Origin: an uncultured Mycoplasmatota bacterium
Lineage (GTDB): Bacteria > Bacillota_I > Bacilli_A > RF39 > UBA660
Length of the DNA: 64,000 nucleotides
Reading direction: 5' to 3'
Assembly: GCA_900549285.1 (NCBI GenBank)
Contig: URNW01000005.1
Span: 794-64,793, forward strand
Shown: positions 30,604 through 41,793 of the stretch, one piece after another
Layout of the letters: each line of letters begins with the position of its first letter
Numbering within the stretch: the stretch's first letter is position 1
Program-made: the position numbers and the translations under genes
The notes under the pieces: model-generated
What the model was told of the DNA's origin: nothing
The model's database searches: none
Seen by the model: only the letters and a program-made list of their open reading frames with translations

Positions 30604-31551
30604 TTAATGATTGTTTTTAATGTATTCAACTGTTTCTCTAACAGATTCATCAGATGTATGTTGTGCCTTCCATCCCGCATTATGAATTTTAGTTAAATCA
30701 TATTGAAATTTTGGAACATCACCTTTCCATCCACCTATTCCACCTGTGTAGTTATATTTTACATTATTATATCCTAATACCTCGCACACTATATTAGCTA
30801 TTGTAGTAACACTCGTTGCTGTTTCAACTCCCGCGTTATATATTTCAACGCCTTGTTTCATTTCTTTATCTAATGTAAATTGTAAGATCGCATCCACTAA
30901 ATCAAGTACATATAAATATGGTTTAGTTTGATGCCCATCACCTAAAATTTCTAATTCATTTGGATTTTTTTGTAATTTACGAACAAAATCATAAATAACA
31001 CCATGTGTTAAGTTAGGACCAATTACATTGGGGAATCTAAATATGACAGTATGCAAATCATTCATGAACGTATATGATGAAATAAATCCCTCACTTGCAT
31101 ATTTAGCACCACCATAATAAGAAATCGGACTTAAACCTCCTAATGTTTCTGTTAACATTTCTTGTTTATCTCCGTAAATTGCCGAAGTTGAAGCAAAGAA
31201 TAATCTTTTTATATTATTTCTTCTCATAAATTCTAGCGTACTGTATGTTGTCATAAAAGTATCGTTAAAATCTATGCTTGGCATTCTTCCGCCTTTTTGA
31301 ATATCAGAATTTGCCGCTAAATGATATACTATATCAATCTTCTCATCTTTTAATGTTTCACAAAAATTTTCTGTTTCTTCAATATTTAAATTATAAAATT
31401 TATAATTTGGATTTTCTAAGAAGCAATCAACGTTTTCTTGGTGCCCCAACGTAAAATTATCAACGCAAACAACCTCTAATCCTCTATTTAATAATTCTCT
31501 TACTAAATGAGTTCCTATGAACCCTGCTCCGCCTGTAACTAATGCTCTCAT
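30604..31551 (-). CDS. NAD-dependent sugar-nucleotide epimerase/dehydratase (SDR)
   Basis: VTGGAGFIG and YGGAKYASE (YxxxK) motifs. Confidence 0.75.
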   Translation of the reverse strand: MRALVTGGAGFIGTHLVRELLNRGLEVVCVDNFTLGHQENVDCFLENPNYKFYNLNIEETENFCETLKDEKIDIVYHLAANSDIQKGGRMPSIDFNDTFMTTYSTLEFMRRNNIKRLFFASTSAIYGDKQEMLTETLGGLSPISYYGGAKYASEGFISSYTFMNDLHTVIFRFPNVIGPNLTHGVIYDFVRKLQKNPNELEILGDGHQTKPYLYVLDLVDAILQFTLDKEMKQGVEIYNAGVETATSVTTIANIVCEVLGYNNVKYNYTGGIGGWKGDVPKFQYDLTKIHNAGWKAQHTSDESVRETVEYIKNNH

Positions 31552-31563
31552 TTTCTTTCCTCC

Positions 31564-32541
31564 TTAATTTACAAAAATGACAGTTGTACCCTGATGATCG
31601 AATTTAAATTCCATTTCTGGCAAATCTTTCATTTCCTTTCTAAATTTTTCTTGTTCTTCTTCAGGAACATAAAACAAGAAAAATCCACTTCCTCCTGCAC
31701 CTAATATTTTGCCTCCTTTGGCTCCAGCTTTTAAAGCTTTATCATACCATTCATCAAATTTAGGGTTTGATATTCCGCTTGCTAAAGTTTTTTTTATGAT
31801 CCAGTTTTCATGTAAAATTTCGCCGACAGCATCAATGTTATTATGCTCCAATTCATACTTTAATTTATAAGTTAATTCGACTATTCTTTTTTGGCCTTTT
31901 TCTTTTTCTTTAGCATTTATCATATTTTTTGACTGTTCTTTTAAAATGCTAGAAGCACTATGTTCTCCTCCAACATAAAGCATAATTAAATTTTTTTCTA
32001 ATTGATTATATGCTTCTTTAGACATTAAAATAGGCTCCACAAATACACTTCCATCACGATTAAATTGATAATAGTTAAGACCTCCATAAGCTGCTGCATA
32101 TTGATCTTGTTTTCCTATAGGATTACCTAATTTATTAATTTCCATATCACAAGCCATTTGAGCTACTTCTTCATCGGATATATACTCCCTTTTTTGACAT
32201 TTTAAATTTTTAATCAAGCCGACTGTAAATGCACTGGAAGAACCTAAGCCTGTACCTTGTGGTACATCTGCGATTGATGTGATCTCATATCCTTCTAATC
32301 CTTCTTGTTTTAAGCATTCCCTAAATATTGAATGCTCAATATCATCTAAATTGTGAACACATTCTGTTTTAGAATATTTTAATACGGTTTGTGTTTTATC
32401 AAAAGATGGATGAGATGTAATATACATATATTTCTTTATAGTTGTACTAATTACACATCCTCCATTTTTTTCATAAAATGCTGGAAGGTCACTACCTCCA
32501 CCGCATAAACTTACTCTAAAAGGTGTCTTTGTTATAACCAT
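31564..32541 (-). CDS. hddA: GHMP-family sugar kinase (D-glycero-D-manno-heptose 7-phosphate kinase, HddA-like)
   Basis: The motif PQGTGLGSSSAF is the GHMP ATP-binding loop. The gene sits next to gmhA and hddC-gmhB. Confidence 0.7.
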   Translation of the reverse strand: MVITKTPFRVSLCGGGSDLPAFYEKNGGCVISTTIKKYMYITSHPSFDKTQTVLKYSKTECVHNLDDIEHSIFRECLKQEGLEGYEITSIADVPQGTGLGSSSAFTVGLIKNLKCQKREYISDEEVAQMACDMEINKLGNPIGKQDQYAAAYGGLNYYQFNRDGSVFVEPILMSKEAYNQLEKNLIMLYVGGEHSASSILKEQSKNMINAKEKEKGQKRIVELTYKLKYELEHNNIDAVGEILHENWIIKKTLASGISNPKFDEWYDKALKAGAKGGKILGAGGSGFFLFYVPEEEQEKFRKEMKDLPEMEFKFDHQGTTVIFVN

Positions 32542-32561
32542 ACATTAATACCTCTATCTTT

Positions 32562-33302
32562 CTAATTTTCTTTTAATTGTTTATCATAATAGGATTTACA
32601 TACTTTTTTGGCACTTCCCATCATAATAATTTTGCCATGTTCTAACCACACTACTTTATTACATATTTCTTTAATTGATTCTAAAGAATGAGAAACATAT
32701 AATACCGTTGTACCTCCTTTAATCATAGACATCATTTTATTTTTACTTTTTTCTTGAAATTTAATATCGCCTACTGATAATATCTCATCAACTATCAATA
32801 TTTCTGGATCGACAATCGTAGAGATAGAAAAGGCTAACTTTGCGACCATACCTGATGAAAAGTTTTTAACTGGTACATCTAAAAATTCTCTTAATTCTGA
32901 AAACTCCACTATTTCATCAAATTTAGAATTTAAAAATTCTTTGGAATACCCTAATATTGCTCCATTTAAGTATATATTCTCACGGGCTGTTAAGTCACCA
33001 TCAAAACCTGCTCCTAATTCAATCATAGGAGATATAACTCCATCTACTTCGACACTTCCCTCGGTTGGTTTCATCACTCCACTTACTACTTTTAAAAGAG
33101 TGCTTTTCCCAGCTCCATTAGAGCCAATTAATCCTACTACATCTCCTTTTTCTACGTTAAAAGTAATATTTTTTAAAGCCCAAAAATCGCTTTTTTTTAC
33201 TCTTTTTCTTTTATCAAATAATCTAATAAAAATCATTTTAAGAGAGTTATCTTTTTCGATTCCTAAGTTAAATCGCATACCTACATTTTTTATTCTAATC
33301 AT
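32562..33302 (-). CDS. polysaccharide/teichoic-acid export ABC transporter ATP-binding protein (TagH/Wzt-like)
   Basis: GSNGAGKST, FSSGM and ILIVDE motifs. Confidence 0.8.
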   Translation of the reverse strand: MIRIKNVGMRFNLGIEKDNSLKMIFIRLFDKRKRVKKSDFWALKNITFNVEKGDVVGLIGSNGAGKSTLLKVVSGVMKPTEGSVEVDGVISPMIELGAGFDGDLTARENIYLNGAILGYSKEFLNSKFDEIVEFSELREFLDVPVKNFSSGMVAKLAFSISTIVDPEILIVDEILSVGDIKFQEKSKNKMMSMIKGGTTVLYVSHSLESIKEICNKVVWLEHGKIIMMGSAKKVCKSYYDKQLKEN

Positions 33303-33310
33303 TTTTCCTC

Positions 33311-34126
33311 CTATAAATAATAAATAAATTTATTTTGTTTCCTTTTGAAAATATAGGCACCTATTACCATCATGCCAAATCCTGATAAAAAGCAAACTAA
33401 TAAATAAAGAGGCGTAGGTGCGGTAGCATTTAAGATAATTTCTCGTGTTGCGTTTATATAAATATATAAGGGATTTAATTTAAAAATATTTTGAAGCGTT
33501 TCTGGTAAAATAGAAATACTATAAAATATAGGTGTAAAATAATTAAGTATGGTAATCATTATTCCCCATATATATATCATATCTCTTAGAAATACAGAAA
33601 CTGTAGCTAAAATATAGCCAACTCCCACTACAAACATAAACATGCAAAGATAAATAAACGGAAGTAATAAATAATAAATATTTATATAACATTTTGTTCC
33701 CTCAGCTGCATTTCCTGAAAATAATATTATCAGCAATAAGGGTAGTAATGATAATACAAAATTAATTCCGACAAATATACATTTTGCAACAGGAAAAATA
33801 TATTTTGGTATATATACTTTATTGATTAAACTAGAATTTCCAATGATTGCTCCCATAGCATTATTCGTTGCTTCACTAAAGTAGTTAAATATAACTAACC
33901 CTGTCATTAAATAAACTAAATAATTTACTCCTTCCATACTAAACTTAAACATATTGGAAAATACTATGGCCATTACCATCATCATAAGTAATGGATACAA
34001 AACACTCCATAAAATTCCTAGTACACTTCTTTTATATTTTACTTTAAAATCCCTTATTACTAATTGTTGAAGTAAAAACTTATATTTTGTTATATTATAA
34101 TATATATTTTTTACTGATTGAATCAA
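33311..34126 (-). CDS. ABC-2 type polysaccharide export permease (TagG/Wzm-like)
   Basis: 271 aa with 6 TM helices and an N-terminal LVIRDFKVKYKRSVLG motif. Confidence 0.8.
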   Translation of the reverse strand: MIQSVKNIYYNITKYKFLLQQLVIRDFKVKYKRSVLGILWSVLYPLLMMMVMAIVFSNMFKFSMEGVNYLVYLMTGLVIFNYFSEATNNAMGAIIGNSSLINKVYIPKYIFPVAKCIFVGINFVLSLLPLLLIILFSGNAAEGTKCYINIYYLLLPFIYLCMFMFVVGVGYILATVSVFLRDMIYIWGIMITILNYFTPIFYSISILPETLQNIFKLNPLYIYINATREIILNATAPTPLYLLVCFLSGFGMMVIGAYIFKRKQNKFIYYL

Positions 34127-34159
34127 TTTTACACCAACTTTCTATTTTATTATAGCAAA

Positions 34160-35239
34160 TTATTTTTTTCCTTTCAACTTTTTATATTTTCTCTTACTAT
34201 GATCATATAATATATCTGTTTTTAAAACAACGAATAGTAGTAAAATCATTAAGGCAACATAAATGGCAATTGCTAATTTATTATCACCTAAGACATAAAA
34301 GATAGATACAGCTGCAAATAAAATGTTGATAAAATAGATAATTAAAATACTAGCCATTGGAGAATAACGCATTTTAAGTAATTGGTGATGGAAATGTTCC
34401 TTATCGGCTACTCCAATATTTTGATGTTTTAATAATCTTCTTAATATTGCAAAAACAGTATCAAATATAGGAATAGCTAAAATACATAATGGAACAATTA
34501 AAGAGGTAATGGTTGTTACCTTGAAACCTAATAAAGCAATAATTGAAATCATATATCCTAAAAATAAGCTTCCTGTATCTCCCATAAAGATTTTAGCAGG
34601 AGGAAAATTATGGATTAAAAAACCTAATGTTGCTCCTAACATAATGATAGACAATATAATATCTAACCCACCTATTTGATTTATTAAAAAAGCAATAATA
34701 GCAATCGTTAAAAAATATATTGATGATACGCCTGCAGCTAGTCCATCTAATCCATCTATAATATTAATAGAATTTGTTATTGCTACAATAAAAAGAGTAG
34801 ACACAACATAACTTATATATTCATTCATATAAAATTTTAAGCCAAACAAACTAATTTCAGTTAAATTAATTTGTCCATATATTACGACGAATAAAGCTGC
34901 AAAAATTTGGGCTAGCAACTTATATCTTGCTTTAATAGGTTTAATGTCATCAAAAATACCTGTTAATATTAATATAAAACCACCTATTAAAATAGATAAC
35001 ATTTGCGTATTTACTTCCCCAAAAATAGCATATCCAATCAAAAAGGCAATATAAATAGCTAAGCCACCTAATCTTGGCATTGGCTTTTTATGAATTTTTC
35101 TAGCATTAGGATAATCTAACGCACCAACATGAATAGCAATTTTTTTGGCTATGGGTGTTAATAAAGCACTTAGTAAGAAGGTAATTGCTACAATTATAAA
35201 GACATTAAATCCATTCACTTCTAAATTCATGTGTACCAC
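34160..35239 (-). CDS. tagO: undecaprenyl-phosphate N-acetylhexosamine-1-phosphate transferase (MraY/WecA family, TagO-like)
   Basis: Polytopic protein with GLFDD-type (GIFDDI), NSINIIDGLDGLA and MGDTGS motifs. The probable start is the internal ATG at 35230. Confidence 0.75.
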   Translation of the reverse strand: MVHMNLEVNGFNVFIIVAITFLLSALLTPIAKKIAIHVGALDYPNARKIHKKPMPRLGGLAIYIAFLIGYAIFGEVNTQMLSILIGGFILILTGIFDDIKPIKARYKLLAQIFAALFVVIYGQINLTEISLFGLKFYMNEYISYVVSTLFIVAITNSINIIDGLDGLAAGVSSIYFLTIAIIAFLINQIGGLDIILSIIMLGATLGFLIHNFPPAKIFMGDTGSLFLGYMISIIALLGFKVTTITSLIVPLCILAIPIFDTVFAILRRLLKHQNIGVADKEHFHHQLLKMRYSPMASILIIYFINILFAAVSIFYVLGDNKLAIAIYVALMILLLFVVLKTDILYDHSKRKYKKLKGKK

Positions 35240-35330
35240 CTTATGTTTTTATTATACCAGTAAATTGAAGATTAGTAAAAGATTATTTTTTAATAACGTA
35301 AAAAAGTGCTTTTCTTTAGCACTTCTTATT

Positions 35331-35963
35331 TTATCTAAAATAATTAATAAAACTATATGGTAATGTTGCAAGTCTCGATAAAATTAATAATAAACAATTA
35401 TTTTGATATGCTTCTACTGGTTTTATTAATTTTTCTTTTTTGATTAATTTATATAATTTGTTTAATTCTTCTTCTGATTTAAACAATGATGATATCAAAA
35501 TAAATTCAATAATAAAAGATATTATAAAAAGTAATAAACCTATACGTATGATTAAGATATTATTAGCAAAAGCTCCTAATATAATTAAAATATAACTTGC
35601 TATTACTAAAAACGAATTCAATTTTCTCCCTGTTGCTACATTTTTTCTTTCTAAGTCTGTTTCTAGAGCAACATTAAAGGCAGTTATTCCAGCATAAATA
35701 TCTTCTCCATCAAAGACATCTGGGGATAATTTAATCACATTTCGCTCTTTGTTATAGTGATCTAAATATTTTCCACTTTTTTTAATAATATGTGGTTCTT
35801 CTTGACAATATATGGAAGATACTTTTCTTGCTATGTCAAAACCTGATAAGTTAGTCTCATTTTTTATATTTTTGGTTGTTTTTACCACACTTCTAAAGAG
35901 TAAGTTTATTAAAATCACTAATACAACAATTATTATAAATAATATATCAACAATTATTCCCAT
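35331..35963 (-). CDS. YugP-like (Zn_peptidase_2 family) membrane protein lacking the HExxH motif
   Basis: N-terminal TM segment, a conserved YLDHYN...VIKLSPDVF block and C-terminal TM helices. FNVAL sits where the family has HEAGH. Its start overlaps the cysS stop. Confidence 0.5.
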   Translation of the reverse strand: MGIIVDILFIIIVVLVILINLLFRSVVKTTKNIKNETNLSGFDIARKVSSIYCQEEPHIIKKSGKYLDHYNKERNVIKLSPDVFDGEDIYAGITAFNVALETDLERKNVATGRKLNSFLVIASYILIILGAFANNILIIRIGLLLFIISFIIEFILISSLFKSEEELNKLYKLIKKEKLIKPVEAYQNNCLLLILSRLATLPYSFINYFR

Positions 35964-37348
35964 TATCTTACCTCATAAATAGTTCCTTCTCTAGTATCTT
36001 TTAAAGTAATTCCTTGTTCTTCTAATTCTTCTCTTATTGAGTCCGCTAAGGCAAAATCCTTATTTTTCTTAGCATTATTTCTTTTTTCGATCATTTCTTT
36101 AATGTATGCTTCATCTATGTTTTTTTCTTCTGTTTTCAGTAGATCTAATGATAACACTTTATCCATCTGTTCTATTACTTTTATTTTAGTAGTATCATTT
36201 GTATCTTCTTTTAACAAATCATAAAGTAAAGTAATTGCATTCGCTGTATTCATATCATCTTCGAGACATTCTTTAAATTTAGTAATGTATATAGTTTTTA
36301 TGCTTTCATCTACACTACCATCCTTTGAAAGGCTATTTACTTTTGATTTTAATTTTTTATAAGCATTTTGGGCTCCAGAAAGTGATTCTAAGCTAAAAGT
36401 TAATTGTTTACGGTAATGACTAAGCAGAACCATAAAGCGATAACTTAAAGGATTAAAGCCTTCTTCTTCTAAAAAAGATACAGTTAATACTTTTCCTTTG
36501 GATTTACTCATTTTACCCGTAGCATCATTTAGGTGTTCCCCATGAACCCAATATTTACACCAATTATGCCCAATGAATGCTTCACTTTGAGCAATTTCAT
36601 TGGTATGATGTGGAAAAATATTATCGACACCTCCACAATGGATATCTAAATATTCGCCAAGATATTTTAAAGAAATACCAGAACATTCAATATGCCATCC
36701 TGGATATCCTTTGCCAAATGGACTATCCCATTTAAGTTCTTGCGAATCAAATTTTGATTTTGTAAACCATAAAACAAAGTCTGTCTTATTTTTTTTGTTG
36801 GTATCTTCTTCTACTGTATCTCTAACTCCACTTATTAGCTCTTCTCCAACATGATTCGTAAGTTTGTAATAATCGTGTAATTTTGAAGTATCAAAATAAA
36901 TGTTTCCTCCTGCTTTATATGCATATCCATTTTCTAATAATTTTGTAATTATTTTAATATATTCCTCAATGTTATCTGTTGCTGAACTTACAATATCTGG
37001 CTTTTTAATATTTAGTTTTTCTGTATCTTTAAAAAAAGCATCTGTATAAAATCTAGCTATATCTAATACTGTTTTATGCTCTTTTTTAGCACTATTAACC
37101 ATCTTGTCATCACCAGTATCAGCATCACTTGTTAAGTGTCCTACATCTGTGATATTCATAACACGAGTTACATCATATCCTAAAAATCTTAGCGTTTTTT
37201 CCAAAATATCTTCCATAATATAGGTTCTTAAATTTCCTATATGAGCATAGCTATAAACTGTTGGACCACAGGTATACATCTTTACAACTCCCTCTTCCCA
37301 GGGAATAAAATCTTCTATTTTTCTTGTTAAAGTATTATAAAGTTTCAT
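35963..37348 (-). CDS. cysS: cysteine--tRNA ligase
   Basis: HIGN and KMSKS class I motifs, plus the CGGVDNIFPHH zinc-site region. Confidence 0.95.
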   Translation of the reverse strand: MKLYNTLTRKIEDFIPWEEGVVKMYTCGPTVYSYAHIGNLRTYIMEDILEKTLRFLGYDVTRVMNITDVGHLTSDADTGDDKMVNSAKKEHKTVLDIARFYTDAFFKDTEKLNIKKPDIVSSATDNIEEYIKIITKLLENGYAYKAGGNIYFDTSKLHDYYKLTNHVGEELISGVRDTVEEDTNKKNKTDFVLWFTKSKFDSQELKWDSPFGKGYPGWHIECSGISLKYLGEYLDIHCGGVDNIFPHHTNEIAQSEAFIGHNWCKYWVHGEHLNDATGKMSKSKGKVLTVSFLEEEGFNPLSYRFMVLLSHYRKQLTFSLESLSGAQNAYKKLKSKVNSLSKDGSVDESIKTIYITKFKECLEDDMNTANAITLLYDLLKEDTNDTTKIKVIEQMDKVLSLDLLKTEEKNIDEAYIKEMIEKRNNAKKNKDFALADSIREELEEQGITLKDTREGTIYEVR

Positions 37349-37590
37349 AGCAAACTTCCTTTCTTATTAATATTATATTATAAAGTGTTCATAAATGAAA
37401 GATTTAATTGTTTTAGAAATTTGATACTTAAAAATTTTAATATTTTGAGATATGGAAAGAATTATTTTAAATCATAAAATACCAGACTTTTTTCATCAGC
37501 AATATTAATCATAGTTTTTACTTTTAGGGTATTACTACACATCAAATTTCATACCAAAAGTACATTCCAATCAATTAAAATAAGAAAGAA

Positions 37591-38310
37591 TTAGACTTCT
37601 TCCTTATATATTTTCATAAAGTTTTGATATAACTCTTCACATTTTTGAATATCCATTTCCGAAACATTTTGCAATGGGTTTTTTATTTTTAATTTTTTAT
37701 ATTTAGAAAATCCTAAATGATGGAATGGGAGAAATTCAATTTTTTCAATATTCTTTATTTTTTTTAGATATATTGCTAGCTCCTGTAAATAAGTTTCATT
37801 ATCCATAATTCCTGGGACTATTACTTGTCTTATCCAAACAGGTTTATGACTTTTATTTAAACATTCAATAAATTTTTCACTTTCAGAAATATCTAATCCT
37901 GTTAGCTTTTTATATTCTTCTTTATTGGGATGTTTGATATCTAAAATAACTAAATCAATTAATGATAAAAGTTCTTCATATTTACCTATTCCAACACCTG
38001 CTGTGTCTATGGCTATATGAATGTTTTCACTTTTTAATTTTTTACAAATATCTATTAGAAAATCTATTTGTAATAATGGTTCACCACCTGAGAATGTTAC
38101 ACCACCATGGTTTCGTTTAAAATAAGGTTTATTGCGAATGATTTTAGCAACTAATTCGTCTGCCGTGTAATTTAAAGATCCCATTTTCCACATTTCAGGA
38201 TTATGACAATATAAACATCTTAATTTGCAACCATTTAAGAAGATTACAGTTCTTATTCCTGGTCCATCAACTAGTCCAAATGTTTCAATAGAATTAACAC
38301 TTACCTTCAT
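37591..38310 (-). CDS. pflA: pyruvate formate-lyase activating enzyme (radical SAM)
   Basis: CKLRCLYCHNPE cluster motif. It lies directly downstream of pflB. Confidence 0.9.
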   Translation of the reverse strand: MKVSVNSIETFGLVDGPGIRTVIFLNGCKLRCLYCHNPEMWKMGSLNYTADELVAKIIRNKPYFKRNHGGVTFSGGEPLLQIDFLIDICKKLKSENIHIAIDTAGVGIGKYEELLSLIDLVILDIKHPNKEEYKKLTGLDISESEKFIECLNKSHKPVWIRQVIVPGIMDNETYLQELAIYLKKIKNIEKIEFLPFHHLGFSKYKKLKIKNPLQNVSEMDIQKCEELYQNFMKIYKEEV

Positions 38311-40538
38311 TAAATCCTCTCATGGAAAGTTCTTGAAATTACTTCTTCTTGTTGTTTGCGGGTTAAGCGGTTAAATCTTACAGCATATCCAGATACTCTT
38401 ATGGTTAATAATGGATATTTATCTGGGTTTTCCATTGCATCCATTAATGTCTCTCGATTTAAAACATTTACATTTAAATGATGAGCGCCTTTAGTAAAAT
38501 AACCATCTAATAAACTTATTAGGTTTTCTATTTGTTCTTCTTTTGTATGACCTAAAGCACTAGGGATAATTGAGAATGTATTAGAAATACCATCCCGACA
38601 ACATTTGGCATATTCTAATTTAGCAACTGAATTTAAAGAGGCTATAGCGCCAGATTCATCTCTTCCATGCATTGGATTCGCTCCTGGAGCAAATGCAACG
38701 CCTTTTTTTCTTCCATCTGGAGTGGAACCAGTTTTTGTACCATAAACAACGTTAGATGTAATCGTTAAAACGGATAAAGTCGGTTCAGCATCACGATAAC
38801 ATTTATGTTTGGCAAGTTCTTCATAAAATACTTGCGTAACTTCCTTCGCTATATCATCTACTCGATCATCATCATTTCCATATTTAGGGAATTCTCCTTC
38901 AATTTTAAAATCTATGGCAATTCCTTCTTCATTTCTGATTGGATAAACTTTTGCATATTTAATCGCTGATAAAGAATCCGCTACAACTGATAAACCTGCT
39001 ATACCATAAGCCATTAATCTTCTTACATGTGTATTATGTAAAGCCATTTGTCCAGCTTCATAGGCATACTTATCATGCATATAATGAATAATATTCATGG
39101 CATTAGAATATACTTCAGCTACTTTTGCTAACATTTTAAAGTAATTTTCTTTTACTGTTTCATAATCTAGTACTTCATCTGAATTCTTAGCAAATCCTTC
39201 AATTACTAATGTATTTTTTATTTCATCTACGCCTCCATTAATTGAATAGAGTAGTGCTTTGGCTAAATTGCATCTTGCTCCAAAAAATTGCATGTCTTTA
39301 CCTTCACGCATTGCTGATACACAACAAGCAATAGCATAATCATCACCATATAATGGACGCATAACATCATCATTTTCATATTGAATAGCATCTGTATCAA
39401 TACTCATTTTTGCACAATATTTTTTGAAGTTTTCTGGCAGATACTCACTCCATAATACCGTCATATTTGGCTCTGGGGCTGGATCTAAATTCGTTAGAGT
39501 ATGAAGGAGGCGATAACTTGTTTTAGTAACCATACTTTCTTTTGATTCGGTAATACCTCCAATAGATGCAGTAACCCATGTTGGATCACCTGAAAATAAT
39601 TCGTCATAATCTGGTGTTCTTAGGTGTCTTACCAATCTTAATTTAATAACAAACTGATCAATTATTTCTTGAATTTCTTTTTCTGTTATCGTTCCTTCTT
39701 CTAAATCTCTTTCAAAATAAATATCAAAGAAAGCATCTACACGTCCTAGACTCATTGCTGCACCATTATTTTCTTTTACAGCGGCTAAATAAGCAAAATA
39801 AGTCCATTGAACTGCTTCTTTACTATTTTTAGCTGGTTTTGAAAGATCAAATCCATAACGACTAGCCATTTTCTTTATTGCCTTTAAGGCTTTTATTTGC
39901 ATAGATACATCTTCTCTTAATTGAATTAGTTCTCTATCCATTGGACCTATTAAATCCGATAAATCTTTTTTCTTCTCTTCAATTAAATAGTCAATACCAT
40001 ATAGTGCAACTCTTCTATAATCGCCAATAATACGTCCTCTTCCATAAGCATCTGGAAGTCCTGTTAATAAACCTGCATGGCGTGCTCTTTTAATTTCATC
40101 CGTATATGCATCAAAAACGCCATCATTATGGGTTTTACGGAATTCATTTAAGTATTTATCTACTTCTGGATTTAGTTTATAACCATAAGCTTCTAATTCT
40201 TCATGAACCATACGAATGCCACCATATGGGTTTACAATTCTCTTTAGTGGCTGATCCGTTTGAAGACCTACAATACAATCATCTTCACTACATATATATC
40301 CTGCATCAAAAGCATCAATTCCTGACATATGATCTACATCTATGTCTAATACTTTCTTTTTTAATTCTTCTTTTAATAATTCTGTACAAATTCCCCATAC
40401 TTTTTGCGTTTTTTGGGTGGGACTCTCTAAAAATTTTTCATCTCCATTATAAGCTCTATAATTTTTTTTAATAAAATCACTTACATTAATTTCTTCCGTC
40501 CAAAGACCATTTTTAAAATTTTTCCATTCTTCTTTCAT
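38310..40538 (-). CDS. pflB: formate C-acetyltransferase (pyruvate formate-lyase)
   Basis: IACCVS active-site cysteines, the glycyl-radical motif RVSGYAV, and a length of 742 aa. Confidence 0.95.
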   Translation of the reverse strand: MKEEWKNFKNGLWTEEINVSDFIKKNYRAYNGDEKFLESPTQKTQKVWGICTELLKEELKKKVLDIDVDHMSGIDAFDAGYICSEDDCIVGLQTDQPLKRIVNPYGGIRMVHEELEAYGYKLNPEVDKYLNEFRKTHNDGVFDAYTDEIKRARHAGLLTGLPDAYGRGRIIGDYRRVALYGIDYLIEEKKKDLSDLIGPMDRELIQLREDVSMQIKALKAIKKMASRYGFDLSKPAKNSKEAVQWTYFAYLAAVKENNGAAMSLGRVDAFFDIYFERDLEEGTITEKEIQEIIDQFVIKLRLVRHLRTPDYDELFSGDPTWVTASIGGITESKESMVTKTSYRLLHTLTNLDPAPEPNMTVLWSEYLPENFKKYCAKMSIDTDAIQYENDDVMRPLYGDDYAIACCVSAMREGKDMQFFGARCNLAKALLYSINGGVDEIKNTLVIEGFAKNSDEVLDYETVKENYFKMLAKVAEVYSNAMNIIHYMHDKYAYEAGQMALHNTHVRRLMAYGIAGLSVVADSLSAIKYAKVYPIRNEEGIAIDFKIEGEFPKYGNDDDRVDDIAKEVTQVFYEELAKHKCYRDAEPTLSVLTITSNVVYGTKTGSTPDGRKKGVAFAPGANPMHGRDESGAIASLNSVAKLEYAKCCRDGISNTFSIIPSALGHTKEEQIENLISLLDGYFTKGAHHLNVNVLNRETLMDAMENPDKYPLLTIRVSGYAVRFNRLTRKQQEEVISRTFHERI

Positions 40539-40657
40539 ATATTACCTCCATGCTAAAATATTATATCATTAATCATTCGCTCTGTTTAGATTATTTTTTC
40601 TTATTTGTCATAATTTTGATATGTTTAATTAATGTAAATTAAGGTAAACTATTAGTA

Positions 40658-41497
40658 GTGATTCATATGAAATTAGCGCAGAAAGCTTTATATTTAAATA
40701 TTTTTGTTAATTTATTTATTGCTTTTATTAAATTTGCTGGTGGTATTTTTTTTAATACCTTTACCCTTACTATTGATGGAATTTATACTATTAGTGATTT
40801 GGTAACGGATGTTATTGCTTTATGTGGAATCAAAGTTGGAAAAAAACGAGCAAACAAAACTCATCCATATGGATATGGGAAAATTTTTTACGTAGTAGAA
40901 CTCTTTATGGGAATTGTTGCTATATTGGTTAGTTCTTTTATTATTTATTTAAGTTTTAAAATTCATTATCAAAAACCACCACTTGGGGCTATTTTACTTA
41001 TTTTAGGCATTGTTTTTTTGAAATTTATTAGTGCTAAAAATTTATTTATAGTTGGAAAAAAAGAAAAAAACGAATTGTTAGTTGTTTCAAGTTTGGAATC
41101 TAAAACTGAAGCTTTTTCTACTTTAAGTTTAATTTTCATTATCATTCTTGGACAATTTATACCTAAAATTGATATGTTTGGTGGTATTTTTATAGCTATT
41201 CTTTTAATTTTAAAATCTATTCAAGCGGTTAAGCAAAATATTATTTTTTTAATTGGTTACACTTGTGAAGATAGACAATTTAAAAACAAGATTAAAAAAG
41301 TTGTTGATAAGTATAATGTTATTCACATTTTAGATATCGTACTTATTAATGATGGACCTTACTATGAACTTATTCTTAAAGTAAAAGTCAATAGAAATGT
41401 TAAAGTCTCCTATTTACTTAGAGTACAAAATAAAATAAAAAAAGAACTTAAAGCCAAAGCATGGGGCATTAAGTTCATTTATTTTCATCTCATTTGA
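40658..41497 (+). CDS. cation diffusion facilitator family transporter
   Basis: 6 TM helices plus a cytoplasmic C-terminal domain, with the motif SDLVTDVIAL. The likely ATG is at 40667. Confidence 0.7.
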   Translation: MIHMKLAQKALYLNIFVNLFIAFIKFAGGIFFNTFTLTIDGIYTISDLVTDVIALCGIKVGKKRANKTHPYGYGKIFYVVELFMGIVAILVSSFIIYLSFKIHYQKPPLGAILLILGIVFLKFISAKNLFIVGKKEKNELLVVSSLESKTEAFSTLSLIFIIILGQFIPKIDMFGGIFIAILLILKSIQAVKQNIIFLIGYTCEDRQFKNKIKKVVDKYNVIHILDIVLINDGPYYELILKVKVNRNVKVSYLLRVQNKIKKELKAKAWGIKFIYFHLI

Positions 41498-41716
41498 TTA
41501 TTGTAAAAATAGTATTAAAGATATGATAAAGAAAAGGACTCCTAAAATAAGTGTTAATCTACTAATAAATAATTCAAAGCCTCTTTCTTTCATATTTTGA
41601 AATAATACTTCATTTCCACCAGTAATGATTTGACCTGCATCACTTGCTTTATTTCCTTGTAATAATACTACTACAATTAACAATACAGATATAATTAATA
41701 AAATTGTTTCTAACAT
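41498..41716 (-). CDS. secG: preprotein translocase subunit SecG
   Basis: 72 aa with two TM helices and the LLQGNKASDAG motif. Confidence 0.8.
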   Translation of the reverse strand: MLETILLIISVLLIVVVLLQGNKASDAGQIITGGNEVLFQNMKERGFELFISRLTLILGVLFFIISLILFLQ

Positions 41717-41793
41717 AAATCATCATTCCTTTTTTGTAACAGGTATAGTATAACATAATTTTTTATTTAAAACAATATCAATCATTTATTATA

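Noticed and set aside
37349-37590. Possible T-box leader in the 242-nt region upstream of cysS.
   Set aside because: There is no T-box consensus (…GGTGGTACCGCG-like) and no G/C-rich terminator/antiterminator pair. The sequence is low-complexity A/T.
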